Shown: in pieces, positions 9,801-19,400 of the stretch
Position numbering within the stretch: position 1 is the stretch's first letter
Layout: every line of letters begins with the position of its first letter
NCBI GenBank assembly: GCA_042570925.1
Contig: JBHPFX010000006.1
Span: forward strand, 1 to 47,830
Reading direction: 5' to 3'
DNA from: Patescibacteria group bacterium
GTDB taxonomy: Bacteria > Patescibacteriota > Patescibacteriia > UBA10025
Length of the DNA: 47,830 nucleotides
Position numbers and translations under genes: made by a program
The notes under the pieces: model-generated
The model's input: the letters and a program-made list of their open reading frames with translations, nothing else
Database searches by the model: none
What the model was told of the DNA's origin: nothing

Positions 9801-12108
9801 GGGGCAACATAAGTAATTCCACGTTTGTTGTACTATTCTGTGTTGCAGAAAATGAGACTGCACCGGCGGACGACCACTCATTACCATCGCCCGGGGGAGT
9901 ACCAATATTAAGATTGCAGGGAGAACTTGCTGTACACATACTCGAAGGCACCTTAAAGCTGCCAGTACCATTATCAATTGGGCCACCCAGTCCGGGACCC
10001 ATGTAGCCAAACCCGCCATCAATTCCTCCTATCCCTTGATCGATAAAGGCAAAGCCAAAAATTTCCACCTGATTACCGTTGCCATCAACAGTAGTGACCT
10101 GAATAGTTGAGTCTGCACGCGTCATTTCAAAATCAACATTGTTTATAGAACTATTAACATTGGGAAGAGGAGCTGAGACGGGTGCGCCAAGATAAATGTA
10201 CTGATCCCCAACTTCCTCACCTCCGTACCCCCCAAAATTAGTCATCGGTTGGCAAAAGTATGTTGCCTGACCATAAGCTGAGAAGCTGAAGTCGCCGTTT
10301 ACATCAGTGGGACCAGAGGCCCATTTTCCCCATTCACTTGGCACATAGCAGTCAACAAACTGGTTATCGAGGGCATTACCATTCGTGTCAGTTACAGTCC
10401 CTGCTATTGCTGCACTTTTTGGAACTAAGTATAGGGTACCGAGATTTTTTGTTTCGTTCGCTCCAACAGATATCGTTCGTGGACTCGGACCACCCCAATT
10501 ATCATCCCATAAGTTTATCATTACTTGGTAGGTACCTGCCGGAACATCAGCCGTAAAGATGCCAGTAGCTGGGTCAACTTGCGCCCAACTTCCAAATCCG
10601 ATCTGCGTATAAACATCAACGTTTAACCCGCCTCCCGTATACACTGACCCATCAGGTTTTAATACTTTTCCGGTGATAGAGGAATTTACGGGTGTCACGG
10701 TGAAATTATGTGTTTTTGTCTCGATAATATTATTTTCTAAACTAAATGTAATTGGAACTGGCATGTCGAAATATACCCAGTCGAACTCTGCATCCGGGCT
10801 ACTCCAATTTTTATTAACCATGCAATTCCAATTTCCTTTTCCCACAAGCAGCTCATAATATCCGCCAGCACCTACATCAGCAGACATATATTCGCCTCCC
10901 ATCGGTTTTGAACACTCAACCTGAGCATTTTCAGCAGCGGTTCCGTCGGGCTTTTTAACATATCCTTTGATCGTTTTCATTGGAGTTGCAAAATAAACCG
11001 TACCCATATCATAGGTAGCTCCATTGGTTACACTTACAGCTATCGGATCGGGTGCAACATAATTTCCATCATCAGAAATACCCCAGGCGCTGAAACTAAC
11101 ATAGTATGTTCCCGTACTTGTGGCTGGCAGGTAAAAACGACCATCACTTCCTGTATTTGCGCCCGGTACCATAGAATTTTGGAAATACACGTTTGCGCCA
11201 TCCAGTGGATCACCTGTTTGCTCACTTTTAACCACCCCGGTAACCGAAGGAAATTGGTATCTCAATATCCCCATGTCAGTCGTAGACCCGCTAGTGACAC
11301 TGATTGTTTGCTTGACAGGCGCTGAATAAGGAAAGGAGATTCCCCATGGGATAGAAGCTTCTACCTGATGAGATCCAGTCGGGGTATCATAAAAATAAAA
11401 TTTTCCAAGATGATCAGTACTTGTGGAATCCCAATAACTACTACTATTCCACATCCCCACATACGTTTCAGAATACCCTTTTGTCGCATCAGCTGTACTA
11501 ATTGGACCTAAGATTTGACCACTTACTGACGGTGTTCCCAGAGGAAGCCATACTTTAAACGGCGAACAGTCGCCAAACGACTGGTCATCACCTCCCGCAT
11601 CAGTGCAGTTTTCATATGCAGTCCCACCGCTGTCCGGGCTAAATGTAACAATGCTGATTAATTCACGATTATATGACTCTGAGTTCGTCATTCCTGAAAT
11701 AACCATTTCCACCTCTGAACCACTATTAATATTTTCATCTAAATATACTTCAAAATAGCCGCTATAATAATAATATCCGTATACACTTGAATATCCTGAA
11801 AAGCTCGTTCCACCCACCTTCATACTACTTAAAGTCGGATTTCCGCTTCGGAACATGTCAAAATTTACTCGAATAACATCTCCGCTTCCGCTTCCGCTCA
11901 AATCGTTTTCTGTAGTGAAAGTTACCGTAATATTTGAACTTACTCCCTTCGTTGTATTTGACAATGAGGCACTAACATTTGTCAGTTGACCCGGCGTCAC
12001 TGCCCTGACCATCTGGATATTTCCTACTGGTGGAACAAGGTATGCCAGCATTGCAAAAATGCCGATATATACAACTGTTTTTTGTAGATGTCGTTTTTTT
12101 ATATGCAT
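6886..12108 (-). CDS. 1740-aa secreted/surface protein: carboxypeptidase-regulatory-like (CnaB/Ig-type) repeats, an Ig-like domain and C-terminal FG-GAP-like beta-propeller repeats
   Basis: N-terminal signal/TM; repeated I-x-G-x-V-x-D/K-x-x-G-x-P/A...G-x-Y units; about 8 repeats of GGP(H/N)VRV(F/Y)...F-x-AY...RGG...DLDGDG-x-x-EI. Confidence 0.85.
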   Translation of the reverse strand: MHIKKRHLQKTVVYIGIFAMLAYLVPPVGNIQMVRAVTPGQLTNVSASLSNTTKGVSSNITVTFTTENDLSGSGSGDVIRVNFDMFRSGNPTLSSMKVGGTSFSGYSSVYGYYYYSGYFEVYLDENINSGSEVEMVISGMTNSESYNRELISIVTFSPDSGGTAYENCTDAGGDDQSFGDCSPFKVWLPLGTPSVSGQILGPISTADATKGYSETYVGMWNSSSYWDSTSTDHLGKFYFYDTPTGSHQVEASIPWGISFPYSAPVKQTISVTSGSTTDMGILRYQFPSVTGVVKSEQTGDPLDGANVYFQNSMVPGANTGSDGRFYLPATSTGTYYVSFSAWGISDDGNYVAPDPIAVSVTNGATYDMGTVYFATPMKTIKGYVKKPDGTAAENAQVECSKPMGGEYMSADVGAGGYYELLVGKGNWNCMVNKNWSSPDAEFDWVYFDMPVPITFSLENNIIETKTHNFTVTPVNSSITGKVLKPDGSVYTGGGLNVDVYTQIGFGSWAQVDPATGIFTADVPAGTYQVMINLWDDNWGGPSPRTISVGANETKNLGTLYLVPKSAAIAGTVTDTNGNALDNQFVDCYVPSEWGKWASGPTDVNGDFSFSAYGQATYFCQPMTNFGGYGGEEVGDQYIYLGAPVSAPLPNVNSSINNVDFEMTRADSTIQVTTVDGNGNQVEIFGFAFIDQGIGGIDGGFGYMGPGLGGPIDNGTGSFKVPSSMCTASSPCNLNIGTPPGDGNEWSSAGAVSFSATQNSTTNVELLMLPHDATVSGKIIDGDGNAITGATANVFADNFESMTFTDTRVNPIDGTYSMSLAAGDYNLGVWLDPTLGYVSGSLGNTQVTAISGQTVTKNLTLRKIDSYVNVTVKDPQGNPMPGAFVDISTSSGKQEAGPGGFGGPGMGGFMGPGMMGQMTGADGTTQVGVPGGTASSPITYYISTALPPGYSYISPSKQTLSMVSGETLSVTMQFRESDAVISGSTTIDGSAAVAYVTAWAEEGGRVETSSFGGGYSLNITQGDTWHVTAKSKIGSDFYKSKEQVITVDSAQETIDLELSLVAENIPDPVTATFNANNPAVVELGDGSVSVNIPANAISNDSNDTIKITVAPQYEVPDTDTDKVPTYGVDIIAYKNNMEVESQFSSNITVTQCWNEDQMTDLGLTDDDLSSKYWDENAGAWISPGTVTADDDNNCQTSSVNHLTTFSLTSSDMSAPTVTLTSPADNTTVQVDSLLVEGTVSDSTATVTIALDGTSVGAVSVDSTTGAFSEVVTGLSIGTNTVTIDAENGVGEAETVSRAVVYSADVDEPGGATGIESTIVTIPHDGAPHVRVFEKDGTVVGSFFAYNENLSGDFNAITADVTGDGNKEILTSPGEGFASQVRVFDNHGGFLTHFFAYQEEYRGGMKMKVADVTGDGQLDIVTQPDKNGGPNVRVFTYNATTEAFELVDWILPYGETYRGEFTMLVNDLDGDDAAEIITSPLAPGGPNVRVYTYNASTELLELVDWTMTFDDSFQGGVNITVGNVQGDSNKEIIVSPASEGGPQIRIYEYDGTSLSLLTQFWSYAETYRGGVEVKLGNIDNNGNSEIITTPTAGGPHVRVFTYNAATGSFDLLDHVMAYQDNFRGGVTIAVSDLDYDGYLEIVTSPRVIGGAHVRVWEYDSDTEGLISMADQMVFPTAWRGKMHVVIADLEGDGTSEILVSPLNNGGPHVQAFGYTDDTLTLEANFMAYPEAFQGGVELTTGR

Positions 12109-12178
12109 ATAATATTCCCTTATGTATTAGTTATTGAAATGCAAAACTTCCTTAATAATTACAATTAAGGCTAATATG

Positions 12179-12249
12179 AATTGTGCAAAGGAGAATACCT
12201 CGGTATTCTCCTGAACCCCCATTCACGCATAGATGCGTCTTTTACAATT
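12179..12249 (-). promoter_or_regulatory. Putative structured 5' leader (multi-stem junction) of the surface-protein gene
   Basis: Closing stem AATTGT-AAAG/CTTT-ACAATT encloses hairpins ACGCA/TGCGT, GAA-TGGGGG-TTC and GGAGAATAC/GTATTCTCC. Confidence 0.5.
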
Positions 12250-12291
12250 AACTAAAAAATCTATTCTGATTTCAGATTGATTATTGCTATA

Positions 12292-12320
12292 AGTATACCT
12301 TAAAAAACCTTTTTTGTCAA
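12292..12320 (-). promoter_or_regulatory. Sigma70-type promoter for the surface-protein gene
   Basis: TTGACA-17-TATACT on the minus strand. Confidence 0.8.
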
Positions 12321-12368
12321 CAAAAAAGCTAATTGCTGTTTAATTTGATTTAATACAATATTGAGAAG

Positions 12369-13379
12369 CTACAGTTCACTTTTAACAACTTCGAGAATTT
12401 TCTTGCGAATTTCTCCTTGAAGTTTTTTATCCTGCTTGAGCATTTGTCGAGCAGTTTCGTGCCCCACACCCAACTTCACTTCCCCAAAGCTGTATGAATT
12501 ACCTGACTTATTTACAACCTTTTTCTCAACTCCAAGATCAATCAAGTCTCCGGAAACTGAAATGCCCTCATTGTACATAATATCAAATTCGCAGGAACGA
12601 AACGGAGGAGCTACTTTATTCTTCACAATTTTCGCTTTTACTCTGTTACCAATAACTTCTTCTCCTTTTTTAATATTCGCAGCCCGACGAACTTCAATTC
12701 GAATTGATGTGTAAAACTTCAAGGCCATCCCCCCTGGAGTTGTCTGTGGATTGCCAAAAAATACGCCGATTTTCATCCGTGTCTGGTTAATAAACACTAC
12801 AATAGTTTTGGACTTGCTTACAATGGCAGTTAACTTCCTCAATGCTTGACTCATTAGGCGAGCCTGAAGAGCCATGTGATGATCACCCATTTCGCCTTCT
12901 ATTTCAGCTTTTGGAGTTAGCGCGGCCACAGAATCAATAACTACTAAATCCACACCGTCCGACCGGACAAGTGTTTCAACTATCTCAAGCGCTTGTTCGC
13001 CCGTATCAGGCTGTGAGATGAGCAAATCGTCAATATTGACACCAATTTTTTCAGCATACACTGGATCAAGAGCATGTTCGGCATCAACATATGCCGCTAC
13101 GCCCCCGATTTTTTGCACATTAGCAACTATATGTTGCGCTAAAGTGCTTTTGCCTGAAGCTTCCGGACCATATACTTCAATTATCCGACCACGAGGAACT
13201 CCGAACACTCCCAGTGCAATATCAAGAGAAAGGCAGCCTGTTGATACCGTATCAACTTTGACTTTTTTAGCATCTCCAAGTCGCATAATTGCCCCTTCAC
13301 CGAACCGTTCTTTTATTTGTTCGACCGCCTCCTTTGCTGATTTTATTTTTCCGCTTGGTTGTGATTTTACTGCTGGCAT
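12369..13379 (-). CDS. recA: Recombinase A
   Basis: [41 protein letters not shown]. Confidence 0.99.
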   Translation of the reverse strand: MPAVKSQPSGKIKSAKEAVEQIKERFGEGAIMRLGDAKKVKVDTVSTGCLSLDIALGVFGVPRGRIIEVYGPEASGKSTLAQHIVANVQKIGGVAAYVDAEHALDPVYAEKIGVNIDDLLISQPDTGEQALEIVETLVRSDGVDLVVIDSVAALTPKAEIEGEMGDHHMALQARLMSQALRKLTAIVSKSKTIVVFINQTRMKIGVFFGNPQTTPGGMALKFYTSIRIEVRRAANIKKGEEVIGNRVKAKIVKNKVAPPFRSCEFDIMYNEGISVSGDLIDLGVEKKVVNKSGNSYSFGEVKLGVGHETARQMLKQDKKLQGEIRKKILEVVKSEL

Positions 13380-13408
13380 ATGTATTGGTTATTAATAATT
13401 GTACTGTA

Positions 13409-14098
13409 TCATTCTCCCCCTCCTTTTTCAACGAGTACCGTACGAATAACTTCTTGTTCGGCACTTCGGGGTTTTTTTGCCGTAATAATGAGCGTGTTAA
13501 GTCCTTCTTGTAACTCTACCTCTTCTTCAAAAGCACCTAATTCGTCCGGGATCACCTCCTCATTATTTATATGTATGAGAGCCTCGGGTTCAGTCTCCCC
13601 TCTAATAGTTACTGACCGCTCGATTATCCTAAGATTATCTGGAGGAAAAAAAATTACTATTTCTGGAGGCTTTATAATCCTTTGAGTTTCAAATCCCAGA
13701 TATACGATAATACCCAGAATGATCATCACAACAAATGCTTTTCGCAGAACTCTTGGTGTGAGAAATGCTTTTGGAAGATTCTTCCCCTGCTCTAAATCCT
13801 TTTGGGCCGTACGTTTTTGCTGGGGCCGAAACACACCACTCTCACGCTTATAAAGATGAATAACTGTATCAGGATTTACATCAAGATATTTTGCATACTG
13901 TCTGAGAAAATTTTTCACATATACTTCCCCCGGAAGTACTAAATAGTTACCCGCTTCAATTGCAGCAAGATATTTTGGTTGAATGCGAAGATGAGAAGCG
14001 ACTAAGCTGAGATCTTCCCCTCGATCTTCTCGTATTTTTTTTAGCCTTTCGCCAAGTGTGCCGTGTCCTCGGAGCTGTCTTTTCGTAAATTCAGCCAT
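13409..14098 (-). CDS. RodZ-like protein: HTH_25 domain, TM helix, extracellular Ig-like domain
   Basis: LGERLKKIRE...YLAAIEAGNY..LPGEVYVKNFLRQYAKYL; single TM; C-terminal ITIRGETEP...GLNTLIITA. Confidence 0.85.
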   Translation of the reverse strand: MAEFTKRQLRGHGTLGERLKKIREDRGEDLSLVASHLRIQPKYLAAIEAGNYLVLPGEVYVKNFLRQYAKYLDVNPDTVIHLYKRESGVFRPQQKRTAQKDLEQGKNLPKAFLTPRVLRKAFVVMIILGIIVYLGFETQRIIKPPEIVIFFPPDNLRIIERSVTIRGETEPEALIHINNEEVIPDELGAFEEEVELQEGLNTLIITAKKPRSAEQEVIRTVLVEKGGGE

Positions 14099-14106
14099 AA
14101 AGCTCC

Positions 14107-16371
14107 TTAAGAATATTCTTCATCCTCTGAAGATTGCTCGTGCTCAGTTTCATGGTCAGGGTCAGAGTTAAGACCAGATTCATCATTATTTATTTGATTT
14201 GAAATGAGAATCTCACGTGGTTTCGCTCCCTCCCCCGGTCCAATTACTCCTTGCTCTTCGAGCAAATCTAGAAGACGTGCGGCACGCGCATATCCAACAC
14301 GAAGTCGGCGCTGGAGAAGTGAGGCCGATGCTTTTCCTGATTTGATGACCAGATCTTTTGCCTGACCAAGTAATTCATCATCTCCCAGGTCTTCAAAATT
14401 CCCTGAAAGCGTCTCATCCGTGACACTTTTCTCAACAACATTGGACTGATATTCAGGTTTTCCATTCTGACGCAGTAAATTGGTTACTCGCTCAATTTCC
14501 TCTTTTCCTACAAACGCACCCTGAAGTCGTCGTGGCCTTGAAAGTTGTGCAGTCATATATAGTGAGTCACCCTTACCAAGTAGCTTTTCTGCGCCACTCA
14601 CATCAAGAATTGTCCTTGAATCAACGACTGATGCGACATTAAATGCTATTCGAGAAGTAATATTTGCCTTAATCAAACCAGTTATGACATCAACAGACGG
14701 GCGCTGTGTTGCAACTATGAGATGAATACCAACAGCACGAGCCATCTGTGCTAATCGGATAATTGCTCCTTCTACCTCACGAAGCGCAACAGCCATAAGA
14801 TCAGCTAACTCATCTATAATAACGACAATAAATGGCATTGGTTCTTCAGGGGACATACCGTTAAACTCATGAATATCTCTTTTTCCGCTCTTAGAAAGAG
14901 TATCAAATCGACGGTCCATTTCTCCCACAACCCACCTTAGAGCATTAATTGTCTTATCAACATGTGTTACCACAGGTGTAAGAAGATGTGGAATATCATT
15001 ATACACTGTCAATTCAACACGCTTTGGATCAACAAGAATAAGTTTTAGTTCATCAGGAGAGTTCTGATATAACAGACTCATTATAATAGAGTTGATCATA
15101 ACCGATTTTCCTGAGCCAGTTGCTCCCGCAAGTAAAAGATGGGGCATGTTATCTAAATCAGCAACCCAGGATCGGCCTGCAACATCCATGCCCAATGCAA
15201 GAGTAAGATTGCTTTTTCGTTTCTTAAATCCTTCAGATGATAGAATCTGACGAAGCCGCACAGTGGCATTCACTTTATTTGGGACCTCTATGCCTACAAG
15301 GGACTTACCGGGGATAGGAGCTTCCATACGAAGCGGGTGTGCTGCAAGTGCAAGCGCTAAGTCATTTGATAGTGTCGTCAGCTGTGAAAGTTTGACGCCT
15401 TCCGATGGTTTAAGGGTGTACTGTGTCACTGTTGGGCCTACGCTAACGTCGCCCATCTCCACATCAATGCCAAAATTTTCCAATGTTTTTTTAATACGCT
15501 CCTTATTGCTCTCAATGTCACCACTCTGTGGTTTTTCACCGTTGATTTCAAGAAGGTCTAATGGAATACTAATATTGCGCTTTTTCTTTTTCAGGCCAGG
15601 AAATAATGTTGTTTGCTCATTAGTTTTTTGTACAGGTTTTGTTGAAAGGGCATCTTCCTTTTTACTGTCAATTTCTTTCTTTTCTGAGCGATTTGAGACT
15701 TCTCGACGTTCAAAAGTAGGATCAACATCATCATCCGATTCCTGTATACCGGTGTCATCAAGGTTTCGGCGGAGCCTACCATTAAATTCGCGGAATCTGC
15801 TGCCAATTCGTTGAAAAATATTTCCACGTTCAACAAGCGTCTTCAAAGACGCATCAAATGTGAGAAGTAAAGAAATGATAAAAAGTGCTACGAGAACAAC
15901 AGCTGCCGCCCATGGACCCATAAGTTTTTGTAACGGGTACGAAAGAAGTAATCCAGCATATCCTCCACCTCGCGTTTCTCCAATGACTGATGCAGCTTCT
16001 TCTATAGGAATAAACAGGTGAAAAAAACCTGTGAGCGCAAGTACAAATAAAACAACTCCAATGTAGTGAGTAAGCCGAAAAACATACTTCTGCGGCTGTG
16101 AAAGATAAAATCCAATCACAATCAATACTACAGGTACAATAACCATGGGAAGCCCAAAAAGTGAACGGAGAGTGTCTTTAGTGAATTGTCCAACACTACC
16201 AGCAAGGTTGACTAAGCTAAGTATAAATACAATGGCAATAAGAAAAAGCAGCACGATCGCTATTCCGTGCTTTGTCTCGGGTCGCAAACGAGCAGGAGAC
16301 TGTGCTTCACTTTGATTATCCTGTGAAGGTACCTGTCGTTGACGTCGGCGATGTTTCAAAGAAGCTGCCAT
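14107..16371 (-). CDS. ftsK: DNA translocase FtsK/SpoIIIE
   Basis: 4-TM N-terminus, AGATGSGKS, IIDELADLM, ATQRPS, gamma domain SLLQRRLRVGYARAARL; start placed at MAASLK. Confidence 0.96.
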   Translation of the reverse strand: MAASLKHRRRQRQVPSQDNQSEAQSPARLRPETKHGIAIVLLFLIAIVFILSLVNLAGSVGQFTKDTLRSLFGLPMVIVPVVLIVIGFYLSQPQKYVFRLTHYIGVVLFVLALTGFFHLFIPIEEAASVIGETRGGGYAGLLLSYPLQKLMGPWAAAVVLVALFIISLLLTFDASLKTLVERGNIFQRIGSRFREFNGRLRRNLDDTGIQESDDDVDPTFERREVSNRSEKKEIDSKKEDALSTKPVQKTNEQTTLFPGLKKKKRNISIPLDLLEINGEKPQSGDIESNKERIKKTLENFGIDVEMGDVSVGPTVTQYTLKPSEGVKLSQLTTLSNDLALALAAHPLRMEAPIPGKSLVGIEVPNKVNATVRLRQILSSEGFKKRKSNLTLALGMDVAGRSWVADLDNMPHLLLAGATGSGKSVMINSIIMSLLYQNSPDELKLILVDPKRVELTVYNDIPHLLTPVVTHVDKTINALRWVVGEMDRRFDTLSKSGKRDIHEFNGMSPEEPMPFIVVIIDELADLMAVALREVEGAIIRLAQMARAVGIHLIVATQRPSVDVITGLIKANITSRIAFNVASVVDSRTILDVSGAEKLLGKGDSLYMTAQLSRPRRLQGAFVGKEEIERVTNLLRQNGKPEYQSNVVEKSVTDETLSGNFEDLGDDELLGQAKDLVIKSGKASASLLQRRLRVGYARAARLLDLLEEQGVIGPGEGAKPREILISNQINNDESGLNSDPDHETEHEQSSEDEEYS

Positions 16372-16462
16372 ATATGTCTTGCGCGTATGTAATCGTATCA
16401 CAAAAAAGGGCTAAAATCAATGAGAAAACTCCCCAACTATTATGGAATCCAGTGTAAAAAGC

Positions 16463-19400
16463 TTATTCAGCCTTTTTGTCGCTATTCTTATACCCGGTAC
16501 CTGCAGGGATCAGTTTTCCAATAATAACATTCTCTTTCAATCCTCGAAGGTTATCAACTTTGCCTGAAACCGCAGCATCAATCAACACTCGTGCAGTTTC
16601 TTGGAAAGACGCTGCCGATAAGAAACTATCGATTGAAAGAGAGGCCTTGGTAATACCAAGTAGTAATACATCCCCCTTGGCTTCTTCTTTCTTTTCTTTT
16701 TTCACTTTTTGGTTTGCAGCAGTAAACTGACCGCGTTCAACCACTTCTCCTGAAACAAAGTGAGTGTCTCCGGCATGTTTAATATAGACTCGTGAAAACA
16801 TCTGTCTGACAATTATCTCGATATGCTTATCATCAAGATTTTGTCCCTGAGATGAATAGATAAACTGAATTTCCTTCATGATATATTTTTGAACAGCTTC
16901 CTGACCTTTAAGGAAATACAGCTGATGAAGATCAAGACTTCCTTCGGTGAGTTGCTGCCCGCGTTCGACCTGCTCCCCATCTTTTACAAGTATGAATCTG
17001 TCTTGAGGCACAACATATTCTTTCGTTTTCTCACCTTCGGAGGTAATCGTTATTCCATTTTTTTCAATATGAACGGTCCCGGCATGTTTAGCAGTGATTT
17101 TTTTACTTTTTATGCTAAATAGTTCGGCGTTTTCTTTTACTTTCTGTTTATCTTTAACGAGAAGTTCGGGCTTTTTATCATTTTCAAATGGATATACCTC
17201 ACTGCCTGAATCATGATAAGTGAGTTTAATGATCCGTTGATTATCTTCTCCGGATACAATGGATACTTTCCCGTCTTTGTCAGAAATAACTGCAGGTCGT
17301 TTTACTGGTCGTGCTTCAAAAAGCTCTTCAACCCGCGGCAAACCCTGGGTAATATCTTTTCCAGCCACACCACCAGTATGGAACGTTCTCATTGTTAATT
17401 GCGTACCCGGCTCTCCAATACTTTGAGCTGCGATAATTCCAACTGCTGTACCGGGCTTAACAAGGTCATTGTATCCAAGATCGAAGCCGTAACATGTCTG
17501 ACAGAGTCCGTAGGTTGACTTGCAACTTAATACGGATCGAATATGCGCATTCGTTATACCCGCTTTTTCAATTTTTTCACGTTTATCTAAAGTCACAAGC
17601 TCACCGGCTTTCACTATCACCTTCTTCGATTTAGGACCTGTAAGATCAGAAAGAAGCACGCTTCCGATAAGTCTGTTAATGAGTGACTCACCTATTTCGT
17701 CGCTCTCTTTAATCGTGAGCATCACCCCCTCAGTATCTTTACAATCCTCTTCACTGATTACCATGTCTTGTGAAACATCTACGAGACGTCTGGTCAAATA
17801 TCCGGCATTAGCTGTTCGTAGAGCGGTATCAGACAATCCTTTTCGAGCACCGTGAGTAGAAATGAAATATTCTAATACATCAAACCCTTCTTTAAAACTT
17901 CCGGTAACAGGCAGTTCGATTGTTTCACCTGTCGGATTTGTAACTAAACCTTTCATTCCCATCATCTGAGTAATTTGGCCCCAAGATCCTCTTGAACCCG
18001 ATTCGATCATTGCATAGACAGGACCGGTTTTATCCAGAGATTCTTTACTGAGTTTTTGGACATCATCTTTTACCTGTGACCACACCTCAATAACCTTACT
18101 GTGCCGCTCATCATTCGTTAGCAATCCAGCATCGTAATGTTCCTGGATCTGGTCAATTTTCTTTTCAGCCTCTTTAATCACTCCTCCTTTCTTCTGCGGA
18201 AGAGTAAGATCATCCATTCCCCAGCTAATCCCCGATCGAGTTAAGTAAAATAAACTGGCATTTTTTATATCATCCAACATTATTACTGTGCGTTCTGGAC
18301 CAAATTGAGACAGCGAGGTACTGACCATTTCTGAGAGTTTCTTCTTTGCCATTGTTTCGTTAATATACTGAAGCTTTTTTGGAAGAAGATTGTTAAAAAG
18401 TATTCGTCCAATTGAGGTATCAATAATTTTTCCATTTATCTTAATCTTTATTTGCTCCTGAATATTAATACTTCCCTGATTAAATGCAGTTTGCGCCTCA
18501 TCGGTAGATGAAAATGCCTTCATTGATTTATCTTTTTTCTTTTCTTTCAATGCAGTTAAGTAGAAACAACCGAGCACGATGTCTTGTGAAGGAGAGACCA
18601 CTGGTTTTCCCGTCGCAGGTTTGAGAAGATTTTTTGTTGATGTCATTATCTCCTTTGCTTCCCATTTGGCCTTTTCGGTAAGAGGAACATGGACTGCCAT
18701 TTGATCACCATCGAAGTCAGCATTAAATGCAGGACATACGAGCGGATGAATCTGAATTGCTTTTCCTTCGATGAGAATAGGGGTAAAAGCCTGGATACCT
18801 AAACGGTGAAGTGTCGGGGCGCGATTGAGAAGAACACGTGATCCTTTGGTGACTTCTTCTAAAATATCCCATATTTCTGGCCGCTCACCTTCAATAAATC
18901 TTGATGCGCTGCGCACATTGTGCACCAGTTCTCTTTGAATAAGTTTTGCAATGATAAATGGTTTAAAAAGTTCCAAGGCCATTATTTTTGGAATACCGCA
19001 TTCATGGAGCTTAAGATGAGGACCAACAACGATAACCGAACGGCCGGAATAATCAACACGTTTTCCAAGAAGGTTTTGTCTAAACCGCCCCTGCTTTCCT
19101 TTTAGAATATCTGCAATGGATTTTAGCGTGCGTTTTTGTCCTGTTGAAGATGTTACCGTTTTGCCATGACGAGCATTATTATCAATCAGTGCGTCAACTG
19201 CTTCCTGTAACATGCGGCGCTCATTTCGACAAATCACTTCCGGTGCATTAAGTTCCAGAAGCCGTTTTAATCGATTGTTTCTATTTATAACTCTGCGATA
19301 TAAATCATTAAGATCAGACGCAGCAAATCTTCCTCCATCTAATTGAACCATTGGGCGAAGATCCGGCGGAATAACAGGCACAGCAGAAAGAATCATGTGC

